From: Octopus vulgaris
Lineage: Eukaryota
Length of the DNA: 64,000 nucleotides
Assembly (NCBI GenBank): GCA_951406725.2
Contig: OX597824.1
Location: 61,814,001 to 61,878,000 of the forward strand
Direction of reading: 5' to 3'
Shown: positions 57,442 to 64,000 of the stretch, one piece after another
Layout: each line of letters starts with the position of its first letter
How positions within the stretch are numbered: the first letter of the stretch is position 1
Made by a program: the position numbers and the translations under genes
Notes under the pieces: generated by a model
Told to the model about the DNA's origin: nothing
What the model saw: the letters and a program-made list of their open reading frames with translations, nothing else
The model's database searches: none

Positions 57442-57480
57442 AAGAAATTTGAAAAGCTAAACGCGAAACCGGTCTTTCTT
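57442..57480 (+). ncRNA. minimal hammerhead ribozyme, U3-A8 variant with an extra U before the core
   Basis: aagaaa-t-TTGAAAA-gc-taaac-gc-GAAA-ccgg-TC-tttctt, at the expected position in a PLE pseudo-LTR. Confidence 0.62.
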
Positions 57481-57600
57481 CTAAATTATGTCATTGTAAG
57501 AAAAATTTTTTTAATATTCTTCAGACATATTGACGCAAATATATATATTTTTTAACCTTTAAGCCTTCTGTAGTTTTTTCACTTTTTACTATTTTCTATA

Positions 57601-57695
<95 letters not shown>

Positions 57696-59369
57696 ACATA
57701 TATATATATGTATACATATATATATATATATATATGTATACGTATATATATATAGGTACATATATGTGTGTGTGTATGTGTGTAGGTATGTATGTATGCA
57801 TATAAGTGTGCATATATGCTTATGCTCTAACTGATTCCAGTATTGAAAATGTTATCACTATTTAAAAAGATAAACTGACACTGAATCTTTTCAGCCAGTA
57901 GAAAAATTGGGTAACACAAATTAGCTTTGACCATCAACCGTTGTAAAGCCGACTGTATGTTATTCTTTTCTCCTTCCTTAATTAATATCCTTATTTTTCT
58001 GGCATGATCTCCTTCAATGTCTCAGATTACGTTTTAGAGTTACTCAGACATTTGCGTATTACTTATACTTCGCATAATACCCATGTTAAGTTTCGGTTTT
58101 ACTGAAACATAACATTGACAGAATCACAAAATCTAGGCCAGTTTGGTCGCTACATCTTCATACAGTAAGTCATCCTACCAGTCATGTAGTCAAAGTACGC
58201 ATTCTGATAATTGTAGATAGGTTCAATAGCAGTGATAAATAACGAATAGAAAATTTTGTTACCTCTTGTGGGAGAGATGAACTACCAGTTCGCGTCTAAC
58301 AGGAAATAAATGAAATCATTATATTTGGAGACGACTAGAAAGGTTTACCCATCAATGACTGTGTACTTGAAATCAACACGAATAAAAACATTGATGTTTG
58401 TTTTTCTTTATGGAAGTGAGAAGTCAAAATATGTGTGATTTTTTGGTTGTTTCTTTTTTGCGTGAACGGTATACAACGCCTAGTAGAATTCTAGACTTAC
58501 TAATACAAATGTCAGAAAAATGATAAAATACCATTTGCTGAGACAGCTTTCAGTAAACTCGCACAATTATTTGACAACGTGGGAAGACATATAACATGAT
58601 ATCGCATCCACGGCTATTAAAGCCGTTTTCAGAAATCACATTGTACTCACCCGTTCTAACAACGCCATCAAAACGTAACGGATGTTCTCAGGTATACATC
58701 ATTGTAGTAAAAGTTTCGCTAATTCTGTTGCATAAACTTTTCAGGTGTTTGAAAAGAATAAGAAATATTTATAGTTAAGCATATATCATATTTCATACAG
58801 GTGGGAATATTTTTCTATTTTGGCTTTCGTATATATTTGGCTACTGCCAATTGGAAGACCACTATCTTAAGTCCAGCTGGCATGCCTTTCTTTATGTGCC
58901 ATCGGACGTGAGAAATTTACATATTTGTTCATTATCGCATCAGCTGAAACTTACTTCTGTTTCAAACCAATGCAACCGCATTACATAGCTTCAGGTGATA
59001 TACCGATGTGCGTGTGTATGCGTTTGTGTATGCGAGCGCGTGCGTAGGTGCATGTATGTGTATGTTTGTGCATGTTTGGGTGCCTGCGCGTGTGTGTGAG
59101 TGTGTATGTATATATTTCACCGTTTCGAGTATATTAAGTCTATGCATTTAATAATTGAAATGCATAAGATTTGTTTTAATCTTTTGAAATATTACTCTCA
59201 TCCACTCTAATCAGCATGCTTGTGCCTCCGTAGAAAGAGAAGTTTACTCTCACTACTCTGGCTTTGGATAGCGGTCGATCTAAGTTGAGATGACCAGAGC
59301 TATTAACTTTTCATTTTTTGCGGAGTACACTCAATGCCCGTACCCATTGACAAATTGTTATTAAATGCC

Positions 59370-59785
59370 TGTTTCTTTACTACCCACAAGGAGCTACACA
59401 CAGGGGGGACAAACAAGGACAGACAAACGGATTAAGTCGATTATATCGACACCAGTGCGTAACTGGTACTTATTTAATCGACCCCGAAAGGATGAAAGGC
59501 AAAGTCGACCTCGGCGGAATATGAACTCAGAACGTAGCGGCAGACGAAATACCTATTTCTTTACTACCCACAAGGGGCTAAACACAGAGAAGACAAACAA
59601 GGACATACAAAGGGATTAAGTAGATTATATCGACCCCCGTACGTAACTGGTACTTATTTAATAGACCCTGAAAGGATGAAAGGCAAAGTCAGCCTCGGCG
59701 TAATTTGAACGCAGAACGTAAAGACAGACGAAATGCCGCTAAGCATTTCGTCCGGTGTGCTAACATTTTTGCCAGCTCGCCACCT
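59370..59785 (-). mobile_element. SINE with internally duplicated central/3' segment
   Basis: Two tandem ~185-bp units containing gaaaggatgaaaggcaaagtc; head ggtggcgagctggcaaaaatgttagcac on the minus strand. Confidence 0.8.
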
Positions 59786-60207
59786 TGGTTGTTATTAAAT
59801 GCACAGAGAGTGATGATTGTTTTCGCCACACTGATAGCAATGGGAGATTTTGTAGATTTCTGAATGCTTCTGGATTTGTCTGTAGCATTGGACTTCTTAA
59901 CAAGCAGGACATACCGTTACAATCGTTCATTGCACAAAAGTGGTTTTGCACAATGTTTTTGGCTATAATATTCGTTACTTTGAGGCTTATTTCAAAAATT
60001 GATTGTTGTCTTTATGGATCATCAGTTTTTGACCTGCGGTGTTGGTGAATGAAAACGTAAATGTCAAACATTGAAAAATGGTTTTGCACATGGACCATTT
60101 TCGGAGACCGTCCATCATAAAATCATAAATTATAGTCAGTCTTTTAAGACTGGGATCATCAGGTTGTTAATAACACATTGACGGTATTCAATGACACACA
60201 CGCGCGC

Positions 60208-60279
<72 letters not shown>

Positions 60280-60514
60280 CTATATATCTATATCTATATC
60301 TCTCTATATATATATATGATGGCTGTCCACTCGTAACCGAGGAAGGTCATTGCTGTTTTTCAGGAACATTGTGTGCTCTACGACTAACTTATATTTTGCA
60401 TTTGCGGCTCCGTTCGTAGCTAATGAGCCCTGCTCTTGACAAGCATACACGACTGCAAACATTGCAGACCAAGCTTTTCCCATTCACTACACCACATGTG
60501 CGCTTTCGCGTAGC

Positions 60515-60680
60515 ATGCAATATGGAGAGCTTGTGAAATGAATGAGACCCCGTCAGATACCAAGGCTACGATTTAGGGAATGTGTCAAGTCCTCATTAAA
60601 AGCCTGTGATGTGCAGGAGACTGACTGGGATAACAATGCATGTCATTGCCACAGGTTAAGGAGGGAGTCAATACTTTTGA
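60515..60680 (+). pseudogene. RTE LINE C-terminal fragment
   Basis: QYGEL..RPRQIPRLRFRECVKSSLKAC..W resembles the RTE C-terminal LYGEL..GRPKLRFKD motif. Confidence 0.55.
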
Positions 60681-62235
60681 GAGAGCACGTGTTCAGCATA
60701 AAGAATATACATATATATGTATATACGAACAAATGTGCTCATACGTATATTTTAAGAAATAATGTGGAATCTACTGGAATTGAGCTATATTTCTCGAAGC
60801 TACGCTGTTCGCAGTGTGTAAGCGAAGTTTATAAGTTATCAGACACATGTTGTATATTTATCAATTTGTGTGTATGTGCGCGCGCGTCTGCGTGTGTGTG
60901 TGTGTGTGTGTATGTGCACGTGAACATGTCTGCGTGTGTGCGCATGTACATGTACGTATATATATATTTGCGCTTTTGAATTATGCATACACGAACTAAT
61001 TAGAGTTTTTGCTATTGTTTCAATAAAAATTTGGGATAAAGAAAGAGCATTCAAATTTATTTCTCATGGCAGTGTTTCTCGGTGGAGAAATGAACACCAG
61101 TCATTTACGGGGACCAATTAGAGATTTCTCCGACTGATGTTCTTTTGCTTATATAAGAAAACCCCATGAGAAATGTAATTAATTTTCGTAATTTGGCAAG
61201 TGGTTTTAGATTGTCATGTATGTGAGGTACATGACGTTTTCTTGGCCAGGAAAAGATAAAAGTCTCAAAAATTACATTTATTTCAGCATAATTACGTTTA
61301 TACTTTTTATATAACTTGTATTTGTAAATATTGGCAGTAGAAAGCTAATCGCATTTTTACTTTCATATTATTCTGTAAAGTGTTTTTGGATTTGACTAGA
61401 TTTAGTTAGCTCACTTTACTTAATTCTTGTGTTACCCCCGCTGGAAAAAATCAATTGCTGGTGTTAGGACTTAATTATATTACATTATAAGCTAATTTAA
61501 TTTGTTAGCTGATTTAATTTAGCAAATTTAATTATAATTTCAATTTTAAAACATTATGAAATACCAGATGTATAATTAATACCCCCGAGCTTTTATCTTC
61601 ATAAGTGCTATGCAATAAAAAAATTGAAGTGAAAATTCTGAAATAAGTATAAAACAATAAATAAATGATACCAAAATTAAGATATAAAATTCATACATAA
61701 TCCCGATGTCTGTTTTTTTTTAGGTTTTACTTAAGAAAAAGAAAATAAATTTATAGAGTTTTACTTTCAGAAGAAGTTTATTTTTATGTGACACCAGAAA
61801 ATTTAATAAATCAAATTCTCCCCGAGATGTTTAAAAGAAATCGATATCAAAACAACACCCGGGTACAAATTGATTCGGTTTTGTTTGTTCGTGCAACTGC
61901 ACAATTTGTTTTTAAATTATGGGTTGTCTAACATTTTTTTTTCTCCTATTCACTCAAGACAGTAAAAGATTAACTCAGGGCAGAAGGAAAAAAATCCTAT
62001 TCTCTTTGAATAATTTATTTCAAATTCATAAAGTGTAAGCTGCTTTTAATAATGATTTCAAATTTTGGCTCAAGGCCAGCAAGTTCAAGAAAGGGAATAA
62101 ACGGCGGAATTTGAACTCAGAACGTAGCGACGAGCTAAATACCGCTTAGCGTGTCGTCCAGCATGGTAACGATCCTGCCAGCTCGCTGCCTTCGAAACAT
62201 AGTTGTAGTAGTAGTAGTAGTAGTAGTAGTAGTAC

Positions 62236-62275
<40 letters not shown>

Positions 62276-62276
<1 letters not shown>

Positions 62277-63408
62277 GCCCTGATGCAGTACCAGGCAGTG
62301 GCTCTCATGGCTTCTGATCTTAACTGATTGGAAGTGTTATCATGTACATTGTTTTGTCTTGGTATAAAAGATGGGCTACAGCAAATATTCTGCTCAATAC
62401 CACAGATTTGCTTGTCAGTTGTTTGACCTTAACCAGTTGACCATGTCCCTTAGTGGCTGACGATATGTGCGTCTCTGATCACGAGAAGAAGTAGTGGAGG
62501 AGCATCATAGCCATGTGTTGAGAGGGATTCTTTGGGGTTTGAATAATTCACCTCTGGAAACCTGGGTGGTTCTTTCAACATCCTTAAACAACCCTTATTC
62601 AGGGACCTTTTGAGCGGGATGGGCTACTCAACCTGAAGAAAATTCTAACTGGGCTCCACCTGCAAGGTCATGTGCTGTTTATCTTGATATGAGATCACCA
62701 TGTCGCGCACATATGGTTGTGATGCATGTGCCTGGTGTACCCTTATCAGACGGGTAGTCATGATGGGTATATTGGGCTTCGTATATTTTACCCCAGTGTC
62801 ACTTTGATGGCATGCACTGCTCTCTCACTCAATAATAATAATAATAATAAGTGCCCTGATGCAGTACCAGGCAATGGCTGTCATGGCTGCTGATCTTAAC
62901 TAATTGGAAGTGTTATCATGTACATTGTTTTGCCTTGGTATAAAAGATGGGCTACAGCAAATATTTGCACAGTACCACAGATTTGCTTGTCAGTTGTTTG
63001 ACCTTAACCAGTTGACCATGTCCCTTAGTGGCTGACGATATGTGCGTCTCTGATCATAAGCAGAAGTAGTGGAGGAGCGTCATAGCTATGTGTTGAGAGG
63101 GATTTTTGGAGGTTTGGATAATTCGCCTTTGGATACATGGGTGCTTTCTTTCAACATCCTTAAACAATCCTTCCTCAGGGACCTTTTGAGCGGGATAGGC
63201 TACTCGACCAGAAGAAAATTCTAATTGGGCCCCATCTAAAAGGTCATGTGCCGTTTATCTTGATATGAGATCACCATGTCGCGCACATATGGTTGTGATG
63301 CATGTGCCTGGTGTACCCTTATCAGACGGGTAGTCATGATGGGTATATGGTGGGCTTCATATATTTTACCCCAGTGTCACTTTGATGGCATGCATTGATC
63401 TATCACTC
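62276..63408. mobile_element. tandem dimer of a ~555-bp non-coding repeat delimited by (AAT)n
   Basis: 62276-62830 and 62852-63408 align end to end; (AAT)n before, between and after. Confidence 0.85.
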
Positions 63409-63419
63409 AAAAATAATAA

Positions 63420-63820
63420 TAATCCTTTCCATTATAGGCACAAGGCATGAAATTTGGGGCGGAAGATAGTCGGTTACAGCGACTGCAGTACTCAACTGGT
63501 ACTTAATTCATCGACACCGAAATGATAAAAGGTAAAGTCGACCACGGAGTAATTTGAACTCAGAGGGTAGCGATAGGCGAAATACCTATTTCTTTACTAC
63601 CCACAAGGGGCTAAACACAGAGGAGGCCATCAAGGGTAGACAGACGGATTAAGTCGATTTTATTGACCACAGTGCGTAACTGGTACTTAATTTATCGATC
63701 TCGAAAGGATGAAAGGCAAAGTCGACCTCGGCGCAATTTGAACTCAGAACGTAACGGCAGGCGAAATACGGCTGCGCATTTCGCCCGGCGTGCTAACGTT
63801 TCCGCCTGCTCACCGCCTTA
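63420..63820 (-). mobile_element. SINE with duplicated central domain
   Basis: Same architecture as 59370-59785; a further fragment lies at ~62065-62190. Confidence 0.8.
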
Positions 63821-63893
63821 CATACTAATGATAGTGATGATGATGATGATGATGATGATAATAATAATGATAATAATAATGATAATAATAATG

Positions 63894-63937
<44 letters not shown>

Positions 63938-63940
<3 letters not shown>

Positions 63941-64000
63941 AAAACACTACCTGTTGTCATAGGTGCCCTGGGAATGATAGCAAAAGGGGCTGATCGCTAC
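63938..64000 (+). mobile_element. R4/Dong-like 3' fragment after (ATG/AAT)n, cut by the window end
   Basis: TKTLPVVIGALGMI matches the IPIIVGALG motif of the 7.7-8.8 kb element. Confidence 0.6.

Larger units (their letters stand above)
55750..57598 (+). mobile_element. 5'-truncated Neptune-like PLE flanked by ~400-bp inverted pseudo-LTRs, in (TA)n
   Basis: ~55792-56196 is the reverse complement of ~57215-57598; encloses RT-GIY-YIG coding sequence; TA tracts on both sides. Confidence 0.9.

Overview
Repeat-dominated, AT-rich eukaryotic genomic window with no recognisable host gene. The mix of long (TA)n/(CA)n/(TATC)n/(AAT)n microsatellites, tRNA-headed SINEs and LINEs resembles an Octopus-type cephalopod genome; this is an inference, not checked. 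Nearly all ORF-track entries are microsatellite translations. Real coding remnants are: two CR1-group LINEs with CCCH zinc fingers in ORF1, R4/Dong fragments in (AAT)n, RTE fragments, two mariner remnants and three Penelope-like element (PLE) remnants (RT and/or GIY-YIG). The main hidden signal is 16 type I hammerhead ribozyme (HHR) motifs on both strands, in PLE pseudo-LTR-like repeats. Almost all point into a (TA)n/(TATC)n tract, and many lie in inverted or tandem arrangements. Four have compensated non-canonical cores (G3-C8 or U3-A8) that a CTGANGA search would miss. HHR folds were assigned by eye and element boundaries are approximate.
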